Shown here: positions 20,299 through 28,670 of the stretch, piece by piece
How positions within the stretch are numbered: position 1 is the stretch's first letter
Layout of the letters: each line of letters opens with the position of its first letter
Assembly: GCA_038206875.1 (NCBI GenBank)
Contig: JBBRAK010000003.1
Coordinates: 24,034 to 88,033 of the forward strand
From: Candidatus Saccharimonadales bacterium
GTDB lineage: Bacteria > Patescibacteriota > Saccharimonadia > Saccharimonadales > JBBQAJ01
Direction: 5' to 3'
Length of the DNA stretch: 64,000 nt
Program-made: the position numbers and the translations under genes
Notes under the pieces: generated by a model
Told to the model about the DNA's origin: nothing
The model's database searches: none
What the model saw: the letters and a program-made list of their open reading frames with translations, nothing else

Positions 20299-21237
20299 CT
20301 AAGGCGTGGCTTTGCTGAGTTTTGGCTTGACCAATTTTGGTGCTTTGGCGTCTTTGGCTATGGAATATATTGCCCACGTCATGACTATTGCTCCCAGGCC
20401 TTGCGTTGCTGTTAGCCCTTCTTTGAGAAACACATACCCTACAAAAACTGCCGACAACGGCCAAGCAAGTTCCAGGATAGCAGCTCTAGATGCCAAAACA
20501 CGCTTTAGTCCAAAATAGTAAATTATTAGTGCGACTAGCCCCGTAGAAAAAGTAATCGCGACAATATATTTGAACTGAACAAATGTTAGACTTCCCAGCG
20601 CACGAGAACTACCAGACAAAAACACAAACATTAGCGCAAAAATAGGCGTAAAGCCAAACCTAAGTGCGGTTATATGCATGGACGAAGTGTCCTTTAGGGC
20701 GTATTTGGAAAAAGCCGTGGAAGTACCCCAACAAGCCGCAGCCCCTACGGCAAACAAAGCCGCAACTAAAGTTCCAGAACCGGTAGAAAAGTTTACACTC
20801 AAGTCTGGAAAAGATACAAAATATCCAGCAACTAACGCTACTGCTGACAAACCAAAAAACCGTTTGCCCAGAGGTTCACGGAGTAAAACAGCGGCAGTTG
20901 ATATCGCAAAAATTGGATTTAGCTGTTGAAGCAAAACAACAACTGAAAACGGTATGAATTGTATCCTACCCAGCGCCGCGGTGTACAAAATCGTCCCAAC
21001 CGCACCAGAAAGAAACGACACACCAATGATTGCTATCCATTGTTTCTTTGTTAGTTTTCTAAACGCCTTGTATGAAGCTATTATGAACGGAGTCAGGATG
21101 ATTAGACCAAACATATGTTCCCAAAAAACAATTACTGGTGCCGGCAAACTATAAAGCTGCCTCCGTAAAAGTCCGTCCAAACTCCATAACAGCGCAGCCA
21201 AAACCACGGCCGCGGAGCCATATTTAATATATTTCAT
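20299..21237 (-). CDS. EamA/DMT-family transporter
   Basis: About 10 TM helices with a duplicated EamA architecture. I prefer the ATG at 21237 (MKYIKYG), preceded by AAAGGGGAAA. The ORF-track start is 21270. Confidence 0.7.
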   Translation of the reverse strand: MKYIKYGSAAVVLAALLWSLDGLLRRQLYSLPAPVIVFWEHMFGLIILTPFIIASYKAFRKLTKKQWIAIIGVSFLSGAVGTILYTAALGRIQFIPFSVVVLLQQLNPIFAISTAAVLLREPLGKRFFGLSAVALVAGYFVSFPDLSVNFSTGSGTLVAALFAVGAAACWGTSTAFSKYALKDTSSMHITALRFGFTPIFALMFVFLSGSSRALGSLTFVQFKYIVAITFSTGLVALIIYYFGLKRVLASRAAILELAWPLSAVFVGYVFLKEGLTATQGLGAIVMTWAIYSIAKDAKAPKLVKPKLSKATP

Positions 21238-21450
21238 GTCAGTTTCCCCTTTCTGTTGCAGTTGCAACATCCCGAAAAATCGAGATCCCGACTATACGGT
21301 CGGCTCATGATTCTCACATGATCATTCCACACGAATGCGGATCGACGGCTATACGTCCGATTGGCGAATTACACGCCACCCAAGGAAATTAATTTTGTAG
21401 TACAAACATAATATCACGATTAGATAGTTAGGTAACAGATATAGGGTATA

Positions 21451-22092
21451 ATGTATGCGATGAGTTTGGTTGAACCCATAAAGGATGGTGTGCGAAAGTA
21501 CATTCGGCATGTAGCTGGGGCTCTAAATAGCGTTTCTGGGGGTCGAATATCTCCGAACATGGTAACTTATACGGGGCTTTTTGCGCATGTACCGATTGCT
21601 TATTTAATTGCAACTGGTCAGCTTGCCATAGCTGGGTTGTTTCTGATATTTTTTGGACTTTTTGACACTCTTGATGGTGAATTAGCACGACTTCAAAAAA
21701 AATCATCTGCCGAAGGTATGTTTATTGACTCAGCCACAGACCGGATTAAAGAAATCATACTTTACAGCGGTATAGTGTTTTATCTGTTAGAAATCACTTA
21801 TACGCGCGTGGCGATATTTATTTTAGTTGGAGCTTTGGGAGTTTCACTGCTTACGACATATCTGAATGCATGGGGCGAAGTTGTTTTGGCGCATTATAGT
21901 CGTAGTAAAGCACATGTTATAAACAAGACTTTTCGAAGCGGGTTGCTGGGATTCGAAATTCGAATGTTATTGCTCACAATTGGGCTATTGTTTGACAAGT
22001 TAGTCATTGTTTTGAGCATAATTTTGGTTTTTGGTTCACTAACCGTTTTGCAAAGGTATTCAAACATAGTTAAGACCCTTAGAAATGTTTAA
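21451..22092 (+). CDS. CDP-alcohol phosphatidyltransferase-family protein
   Basis: The signature D-G-x2-A-R-x8-G-x3-D-x3-D is present (FDTLDGELARLQKKSSAEGMFIDSATDRIKE). It is a multi-TM protein and the first gene of a three-gene overlapping operon. Confidence 0.85.
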   Translation: MYAMSLVEPIKDGVRKYIRHVAGALNSVSGGRISPNMVTYTGLFAHVPIAYLIATGQLAIAGLFLIFFGLFDTLDGELARLQKKSSAEGMFIDSATDRIKEIILYSGIVFYLLEITYTRVAIFILVGALGVSLLTTYLNAWGEVVLAHYSRSKAHVINKTFRSGLLGFEIRMLLLTIGLLFDKLVIVLSIILVFGSLTVLQRYSNIVKTLRNV

Positions 22093-22732
22093 AATTGACC
22101 TCCATACTCATTCCACAGCCTCACATGACGGTGGAATTTCTGCAGATCAGTACGCTAGGATACTTAGCACAAATGTATTGGACGTAATTGCAGTAACAGA
22201 CCATAACTCCATAGATTTTGCAGTAGGACTGCAGAAAATGCTTGGCGACAGGATAATTGTTGGCGAAGAAATCATGACAACTGGTGGAGAAATAATCGGG
22301 CTATATTTGACTAAAAAAATTCGTCCTGGTCACAGCCCACTGGAAACAATCAAACAAATCAAAGACCAGGGTGGATTGGTTTATGTGCCCCATCCTTTTG
22401 AAAGTGTTAGAAAAGGATTGCATCCCGGAACCATGGAAGAACTTGTTGATTATTTGGACATGGTTGAAGTCTGTAATGGTCGTGCGTTTTTGCAAAACCG
22501 AAGCGCGCAAACGGTCATCTGGGCCAAACTGAATCATATAATAGGCGCCTCAAGTAGTGATGCTCACGGCATCAGGGGGCTTGGCAAAACCTACACCAGA
22601 GTAAAAGAACTTCCAAAACGTGATGATTTGGTTCAAACAATTGCTTCAGGCACGCCAGTAACTAGCCGGCCAGACTTTCGCTCCCTGCTATACCCCAAAT
22701 ATCATAAAATCCGAAAGAAAATTAAAAAGTGA
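22085..22732 (+). CDS. PHP-domain metal-dependent phosphoesterase
   Basis: PHP motifs are present (IDLHTHSTASHDG, AVTDHNS, YVPHPF, SSSDAHG). It overlaps the upstream gene by 8 nt and the downstream gene by 4 nt. Confidence 0.8.
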   Translation: MFKIDLHTHSTASHDGGISADQYARILSTNVLDVIAVTDHNSIDFAVGLQKMLGDRIIVGEEIMTTGGEIIGLYLTKKIRPGHSPLETIKQIKDQGGLVYVPHPFESVRKGLHPGTMEELVDYLDMVEVCNGRAFLQNRSAQTVIWAKLNHIIGASSSDAHGIRGLGKTYTRVKELPKRDDLVQTIASGTPVTSRPDFRSLLYPKYHKIRKKIKK

Positions 22733-23250
22733 ATGATTATATAGCAGCAATTTTGTTCTTTTTACCTGCCGGCGTCAGTAATATGAGCCCTATTTTGGCC
22801 AATCATATACCAGTACTCAAAAACTGGAACACGCCACTTGATTTGGGTAAAAAACATCGAGGAAAACGCATTTTAGGTGACAACAAAAGAATAAGAGGAA
22901 TCATTTTTGGCACAATTATGGGTGGCTTGTCAGCAGTGATTATCAGTAAATTAAATGCAAACACTGTCGTAACTCTAGGTCCTTTTTGGGTGGGTTGTTT
23001 GTTAGGGTTTGGCGCATTGGCTGGTGACGCTGTAGAAAGTTATTTCAAACGCTTGCGGGGTATAGCGCCCGGAGCTAGCTGGTTCCCCTTCGACCAAATT
23101 GATTTTATTGTTGGCGGTTTATTATTTGTTATTCCATTTGTAAACATTCCCCTTTGGGTTGTAGCCACAATATTTGTTGTATATTTCGGCTCGCACATAA
23201 TCGTGGTATACATAGCATATCTATTAGGCCTAAAAGACAAACCTATTTAG
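22729..23250 (+). CDS. CarS-like CTP:lipid cytidylyltransferase (CDP-archaeol synthase / DUF46 family homolog)
   Basis: 173 aa with about five TM helices. Matching motifs are FFLPAGVSNMSPIL, PLDLGKKHRGKRILGDNKRIRG and AGDAVESYFKRLRGIAPG...PFDQIDFIVGG, as I remember them from the archaeal CarS family. A GTGA overlap links it to the PHP gene. Confidence 0.7.
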   Translation: MNDYIAAILFFLPAGVSNMSPILANHIPVLKNWNTPLDLGKKHRGKRILGDNKRIRGIIFGTIMGGLSAVIISKLNANTVVTLGPFWVGCLLGFGALAGDAVESYFKRLRGIAPGASWFPFDQIDFIVGGLLFVIPFVNIPLWVVATIFVVYFGSHIIVVYIAYLLGLKDKPI

Positions 23251-23253
23251 ACA

Positions 23254-24303
23254 CTACTCGTCTAAGGCTTTTTTGAACTTTTCCACCAGATCTACTGGTG
23301 TTGGGTTTAGTCCATTGAGAAGTGCTAGATATAAGCTTACAAAATCACCAAACATGCTAGCCCAAAATATCTGTTTTGGGAGGGAGTCGCCCTGAGGAGA
23401 AATAACATGGGGTGTTGGGCGCATCCCTGAAAGCATTCGTTCACTGACTTCAAACCTCTTTTGAACCCGCTCGTGCTCAAGATTACTTCGAATTTCAATT
23501 ATCACAAATGGTTTACTCGTGGGGTGACTAGACCAGCCGATAAATTCATTGTGGTTAAACTCTGGGTACTGGTTCCACCATGCCAAATTTTTGGCATTTT
23601 CGTTCATGCAAATTTTCATTTTGTTTGCCACTGGGGCCAACAAAGGACCGCTATAAATTATTGGTGTTTTGCCCATTATTTCCAGTGCAAGTTGCTTTGC
23701 AGGATTGTCTTTTGTTGGGGTTGTAGGTCGCCAAACTTCCACTTGATTACTGAGCCATTGTGATACTTGTTTTGCTTCTTCCAGACTAGCGGAGTCTACT
23801 AAGCCAAGCGGAGATAACAGCTGTAAAAATGCAGAAATAAAATAAAATGATGACATCCTGGGTTGAGTACCCTGCGGTATAAGATATAGTGGCAAATTCT
23901 TTGCTTTGGCCAGTTCTTGGAGCTTGCCACCTGCCGCAAATACAACTATTTGGGCATTTTTTTGTTCAGCTTCAGCTAGTGCAGAAAGTGTTTCTTCTGT
24001 ATTGCCAGAATAGCTAGAAGCAATGAACAGCGTGTGTTCGTTTACATAATCTGGAATATTGTAATTATTGACGACTTCAAACGGTGCTTTTACTCCTGGC
24101 CATGTTTTGACATACAGCGCAGGCCAGCCAGAGCCACCCATTCCACCTAAAACTACATTTCTAATTTCTCTGACCGGTTCGAAAGTTGTAGTGAACGAAT
24201 ATGTTAGTTGTTGCCATTGTTTTTCTACAACCCCTAGCGCATCTTGAACATCTTTTTCGTGTATAAACTTTAGATCATCCAGCATATATAAGTCTCTTCC
24301 CAT
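23254..24303 (-). CDS. pgi: bifunctional phosphoglucose/phosphomannose isomerase (SIS domain)
   Basis: SIS motifs are present (GGMGGSGWPA, ASSYSGNTEETL). The 349-aa archaeal/actinobacterial-type PGI/PMI layout fits. Confidence 0.8.
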   Translation of the reverse strand: MGRDLYMLDDLKFIHEKDVQDALGVVEKQWQQLTYSFTTTFEPVREIRNVVLGGMGGSGWPALYVKTWPGVKAPFEVVNNYNIPDYVNEHTLFIASSYSGNTEETLSALAEAEQKNAQIVVFAAGGKLQELAKAKNLPLYLIPQGTQPRMSSFYFISAFLQLLSPLGLVDSASLEEAKQVSQWLSNQVEVWRPTTPTKDNPAKQLALEIMGKTPIIYSGPLLAPVANKMKICMNENAKNLAWWNQYPEFNHNEFIGWSSHPTSKPFVIIEIRSNLEHERVQKRFEVSERMLSGMRPTPHVISPQGDSLPKQIFWASMFGDFVSLYLALLNGLNPTPVDLVEKFKKALDE

Positions 24304-24390
24304 TTTAAAGTATTGTTGTTATGCTTTATATATTGTAAATTGAAAATAGCTAAATGAACATTGCGTTTTTATGCTATAGGGGGTGGAGAT

Positions 24391-24966
24391 ATGTTTGGAA
24401 GTGACGCTGGCAATCAACAAAAACCTGCAGATGATAAATCTGGTACATTACAAGTCGCTATGCCCGACCCTATAAATGGACCTATTATTTCTCCATCAGC
24501 ATCAGCCGTAAACTCAGTATTTGGGTCAAAGTCGGGTGCACCAGAAATTCCAGATAGCTCGGATAGCTCCTCGGGAAGCCCTATCTCCGAGCCAGAAACA
24601 CCTTCAACACCAATACCCGAGCTATCCTCTGCTCCATCACTGAGTACTCCTACAGCTGATGACGACAGTTCAAGTACAACAGATGAAAACCACGAACCGT
24701 CAGACGATTTAACTGATCTAAAAAAGCAGGCGCTGGAACAACTTAGCCCGCTAGTAAGTCATCTAGAACAAACTCCAGAAGAAAAATTTCGCACCACAAT
24801 GATGATGATTCAGGCCAGCGACGACCGAGCGCTGATACGGTCGGCTTTTGAAACAGCTCAGAAAATAACTGACGACAAAGCCCGAGCTCAAGCGCTGTTA
24901 GATGTGATAAATGAAATCAACTATTTCACTCAACACAGTGATGTTCAGTCCGAAACCTCTATCTAA
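24391..24966 (+). CDS. hypothetical acidic Ser/Pro-rich protein
   Basis: The ATG at 24391 is preceded by a strong SD (GGGGGTGGAG). The N-terminal half is low-complexity S/P/D-rich and the C-terminus is helical. No family recognised. Confidence 0.5.
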   Translation: MFGSDAGNQQKPADDKSGTLQVAMPDPINGPIISPSASAVNSVFGSKSGAPEIPDSSDSSSGSPISEPETPSTPIPELSSAPSLSTPTADDDSSSTTDENHEPSDDLTDLKKQALEQLSPLVSHLEQTPEEKFRTTMMMIQASDDRALIRSAFETAQKITDDKARAQALLDVINEINYFTQHSDVQSETSI

Positions 24967-24968
24967 AT

Positions 24969-25460
24969 CTAGACTTTTGCCAAAAAACGTCGATGAGCAA
25001 TATAACCAAATATTGATACAGCTACAAAAACAGCCAGCGTATCGCCAGGACCTGTATTTGGCAAATCCCCGCCTGACTTTGAAGCTGTATTTACAGGCGC
25101 TGAAGTTGTCCCTGATGCAGAACTTGTAGAAGAACTAGAGTTATTTGATGTTGATGACTGCTCACTTGCACTAGGAGCTGAATCAGTTGAAGCTTGATCT
25201 TTTGACTTGCTTTCTTCTGATTTTGAATCGTCTGTCTGGACGGCGACCGGTGCAGGCTTGTCGTCATTGCCTTTTAGTTTTCTAAAAGTCCAGCGACCTC
25301 CGTAAAACAAGCCCAAGACAATAAATATAGTTACAAGCAATGTCCCGACTGCCAAAAGCCACGCAACCCATGTTCGCTGACGTCCTTCTGCTTTGTAGTA
25401 GTCTTTGACTTCAGGTGTCATACCTGCTTGATCTGTTTTGTTGCGGTTAAATAACGCCAT
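24969..25460 (-). CDS. LPXTG-motif cell-wall-anchored Ser-rich surface protein
   Basis: The C-terminus LPNTG + hydrophobic stretch (TLAVFVAVSIFGYIA) + basic tail (HRRFLAKV) is a canonical sortase sorting signal. It also has an N-terminal TM/signal anchor and a Ser-rich stalk. Confidence 0.7.
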   Translation of the reverse strand: MALFNRNKTDQAGMTPEVKDYYKAEGRQRTWVAWLLAVGTLLVTIFIVLGLFYGGRWTFRKLKGNDDKPAPVAVQTDDSKSEESKSKDQASTDSAPSASEQSSTSNNSSSSTSSASGTTSAPVNTASKSGGDLPNTGPGDTLAVFVAVSIFGYIAHRRFLAKV

Positions 25461-25569
25461 CTATCATATGCTCCCTAAATACTCTCTTTACGATAGTACA
25501 AATAAGCATATTATGCAACTATAGCTACATAATATCAAAACGCTTATGTTTAAATCTTCTCTGCTACTC

Positions 25570-27237
25570 TTACATACCCATCATGCTAGGATCCATACCA
25601 CCACCAGCTGGAGACGCAGATTTTGGTTCTGGAACATCAACAACCAAAGCACCCATAGTCATACTGGTGCCAGCAATCGATACAGCATTTTGTATGGCTT
25701 CTTTAGTAACTCTAGTTGGATCAACAACACCGACAGACTTTAGGTCTACAAGTTTGGTTGGGTTGTTTACATCAACGCCCTGCCCCGTTTTGCCAGACTT
25801 CACTTTAGGCAACCATTCGTCGGCATTCAAGCCTGCATTAGTCAACAATATTCTAAATGGCTGTTCCAGTGCTTTTTTAAGAAGCAACTTTCCTGCTTGT
25901 CTTGACTCCATTTCTTCTGGGTCATTAAAGTCCACTACCGTACTGATTTTTGCCGACAGATTTATCAGAGTAACCCCACCGCCAGCAACTATACCTTCTT
26001 CAAGCGCAGCTTTTACGGCAGCAACTGCATCGTCTACTCGGAATTTCTTTTCTTCTATTTCAGTTTCAGTTGCTCCACCAACTTTAATCACGGCTACTTT
26101 GCCTTCCAGCGCAGCTCGACGTTTGTCTAAGTTTTCTTTGTCGTATTCACTAGTGGCAGCTTTTGCCTGAGTGGATATTTGGTTTATGCGAGCTTTTACT
26201 TCGCTAGCAGAGCCAGCACCTTCGATAATAGTAGTTTCATCTTTGGTAACTATTATTTTCCGGGCAGTTCCGACCACATCCATTTCCACGTTTTCAAATG
26301 TCATTCCACGGTCGTCAGTAATTACTTCTGCGCCGGTTAGAATTGCGATGTCGTTTAGTACATCTTTGCGTCGGTCACCAAACGCCGGTGCTTTGATGGC
26401 TATAGTGTTAAATACGCCTTTCAAACGGTTGAGTATCAGCGTACCGAGCGCTTCGCCGTCCACGTCTTCGGCTATTAGTACTAAGTCTTTTTTGCCTGCT
26501 TGAGCTAATTTCTCTAGTAATGGCAAAAATTCTTGGATCGAACTAATTTTTTTATCAGTAATCACTACGGCTGGTTTGTCATAGACAGCTTCCATGCGCG
26601 CGGTGTCGGTGACCATATATGGACTCACAAATCCACGGTCAAAAGTAAACCCTTCGACAACTTCACTCTCCAGTGCCAGTCCCTGACCCTCTTCAACAGT
26701 TACAACGCCGTCTTTGCCAACTTTTTCTATAACATCGGCAATCAAACCACCTATTTCTTCGTCACCAGCAGAGATTGTAGCAACTTCGGAAACACGTTTT
26801 TTGTTAGATTTTATATCTTCACTTAGACCACTGAGTTTGGCAATAACTTCAGCAGACGCAGTTTCTAGACCTTTTCTCAGCAACATAGGATTGTGACCAG
26901 CAGCAATCAGTTTGTTGGCTTCGTTCAGTATATGGTAAGTCAAAACAGTTACTGTTGTTGTGCCGTCACCTGCAACATCGTTCATTTTGCTAGCAGCTTG
27001 TTTGATAAGTTCTGCGCCAACTTTGTAACCCAAAGTTTCGTCGTCGACGTCTGCTAGCTCTACTCCTTTTGCAACCGTTACGCCGTCGTGAGTGACTGTT
27101 GGATGTCCGTAACCTTTGCTGATAATAACGTTTCGTCCCTTAGGACCCATAGTAGTTTTGACTGCGTCATACAAAACTTGTGCCCCCGCAAGTACTCTTC
27201 TACGAGCATCATCATCATAAAATACTTTTTTTGCCAT
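25570..27237 (-). CDS. groL: chaperonin GroEL
   Basis: 555 aa. Motifs include AKKVFYDDDARRRVLAGA, GDGTTTVTVL and AAVEEGIVAGGG, with a GGM-type C-terminal tail. Confidence 0.97.
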   Translation of the reverse strand: MAKKVFYDDDARRRVLAGAQVLYDAVKTTMGPKGRNVIISKGYGHPTVTHDGVTVAKGVELADVDDETLGYKVGAELIKQAASKMNDVAGDGTTTVTVLTYHILNEANKLIAAGHNPMLLRKGLETASAEVIAKLSGLSEDIKSNKKRVSEVATISAGDEEIGGLIADVIEKVGKDGVVTVEEGQGLALESEVVEGFTFDRGFVSPYMVTDTARMEAVYDKPAVVITDKKISSIQEFLPLLEKLAQAGKKDLVLIAEDVDGEALGTLILNRLKGVFNTIAIKAPAFGDRRKDVLNDIAILTGAEVITDDRGMTFENVEMDVVGTARKIIVTKDETTIIEGAGSASEVKARINQISTQAKAATSEYDKENLDKRRAALEGKVAVIKVGGATETEIEEKKFRVDDAVAAVKAALEEGIVAGGGVTLINLSAKISTVVDFNDPEEMESRQAGKLLLKKALEQPFRILLTNAGLNADEWLPKVKSGKTGQGVDVNNPTKLVDLKSVGVVDPTRVTKEAIQNAVSIAGTSMTMGALVVDVPEPKSASPAGGGMDPSMMGM

Positions 27238-27252
27238 TACGTAAAATCTCCT

Positions 27253-27519
27253 TTATTTAACAGTTGCGTAAATGTTTTCTAGTTTGATAAGTAAATAGTC
27301 TTGCCCGGCGTGCTTGACGGCTTCAGTACTGTAACCACCATAGATAATCCGGTCGCCAACTTTTAGGACTTTGACTTCTTTGCCAACTGCCAAAACTTTG
27401 GCTACTTTTGGCTTTTCCTGCGCTCCACCAGGTATGTATAACCCACTAGCTGTTTTAGTTTCTGCCTCTTCTTGCTGGGCTACCACATAGTCTGCCAGCG
27501 GTTGAATTGGTACACTCAT
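27253..27519 (-). CDS. groS: co-chaperonin GroES
   Basis: 88 aa. Motifs include IQPLADYVVAQQEE...ASGLYIP and GDRIIYGGYS. It lies immediately upstream of groEL. Confidence 0.95.
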   Translation of the reverse strand: MSVPIQPLADYVVAQQEEAETKTASGLYIPGGAQEKPKVAKVLAVGKEVKVLKVGDRIIYGGYSTEAVKHAGQDYLLIKLENIYATVK

Positions 27520-27578
27520 TTAAATAACCTCCATTTAGTTACAAAAAGCAGATGTATCCTCGCAATCAACACCTGCCG

Positions 27579-27605
27579 TTAGCACTCACTATACTCGACT
27601 GCCAA
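27579..27605 (-). promoter_or_regulatory. CIRCE-like HrcA operator upstream of groES-groEL
   Basis: The site is TTAGCACTC-N9-GACTGCCAA against the consensus TTAGCACTC-N9-GAGTGCTAA. The left half is perfect and the right half matches 7/9. It lies about 60 nt upstream of the groES ATG. Confidence 0.7.
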
Positions 27606-27625
27606 TTATGCGTCAACCCGCGCGT

Positions 27626-28615
27626 TTACTGAACTGGTTCTAGCGGTTCTACCTGAATATTTGAGCCAGCTCTTTTGTTTTGAACAGAACGAGCAAATTG
27701 TGTCCACCATCCAAAAAGATGTTCCTCTGTAGCATGTTTACCGTTCGTTATGGGAACTGGGTCAGTTAGAGCCTCGAGTATTTCGGTCTGCAGAACAGTT
27801 GTCCCCAAGTCCCTAGTTAATTCGTGCTTTCGCAATTCTTCTAGTTCAGTAAGTGCTCTTTCAGGGTCGACAAAGACTCTAGCAAGAGTTCTAAATGCTC
27901 GTCGCGCAGTCTCGTTATCCCTCATGATAAAGTCATCTAATGACACTTCTTTGCCGTCACTTGTTCTAAGGATTTCGTCCAAAAACTGATGTCGGTCAAC
28001 CATAAACATGGCAGTGGGTACTGTAGTAGTCTTGAATCCTGCTCGTTCGTTGGCAACAAGTTTTCTGTACGCTTCTGTTCGATCATCGCCTAACATTTTA
28101 TTTCGACTGTCTTGGGCTGCAACAACGGTCAATATTCCTGTATCACCGTGTTTATACATTGTTTGTCTAATAAGTCTGGAAGCCTGACTAATTGTCCCGC
28201 CTTTTTGAACTTCATCAATGAGCATCACCCCAGACTGACCTGGTACATATAAACCAGCTTCCAACAAGTCATCGAACGTTTGCTCAATAAGAGCTTTTTT
28301 CTGATTAGGACGGATACCGGAAGTATGTTCCGGCTTGTCTCCGTTAATAGAAATATGGGTACCTATCGGCAAGTCAGAAAAAACTGGCAATCGTTTACCT
28401 GAAGCTTCCATTAAAACTTCTGTTGTCCATTCAATCGGACCAGCACCTCGTTGAGGGAAGAACACAATACCGGGGTTTTCTTTTTCAATCACTTCAGCAA
28501 AAACCGCACAAGCACCGACAAAATCCATAGCATGGACAAAAGGAACCTCACGCGTCAAAACATCGGCTGTTCGCTGTGGCTGTGTTTCTTCAGATGCTGG
28601 TCTGTAAGGGGGCAT
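27626..28615 (-). CDS. hypothetical protein with a phosphoribosyltransferase-like nucleotide-binding motif
   Basis: 329 aa. VMLIDEVQKGGTISQA resembles the PRTase PRPP-binding loop. The rest is unassigned. Confidence 0.4.
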   Translation of the reverse strand: MPPYRPASEETQPQRTADVLTREVPFVHAMDFVGACAVFAEVIEKENPGIVFFPQRGAGPIEWTTEVLMEASGKRLPVFSDLPIGTHISINGDKPEHTSGIRPNQKKALIEQTFDDLLEAGLYVPGQSGVMLIDEVQKGGTISQASRLIRQTMYKHGDTGILTVVAAQDSRNKMLGDDRTEAYRKLVANERAGFKTTTVPTAMFMVDRHQFLDEILRTSDGKEVSLDDFIMRDNETARRAFRTLARVFVDPERALTELEELRKHELTRDLGTTVLQTEILEALTDPVPITNGKHATEEHLFGWWTQFARSVQNKRAGSNIQVEPLEPVQ

Positions 28616-28670
28616 ATTAATATATATTATAGCAAATTATTGATTATTTTGCAACTAGTCTTACTTATAT

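Noticed and set aside
25583-26503. Two plus-strand ORFs (195 aa and 110 aa)
   Set aside because: Both are antisense to groEL, whose identity is unambiguous. Their Ser/Ala/Thr-rich composition is a mirror artefact.
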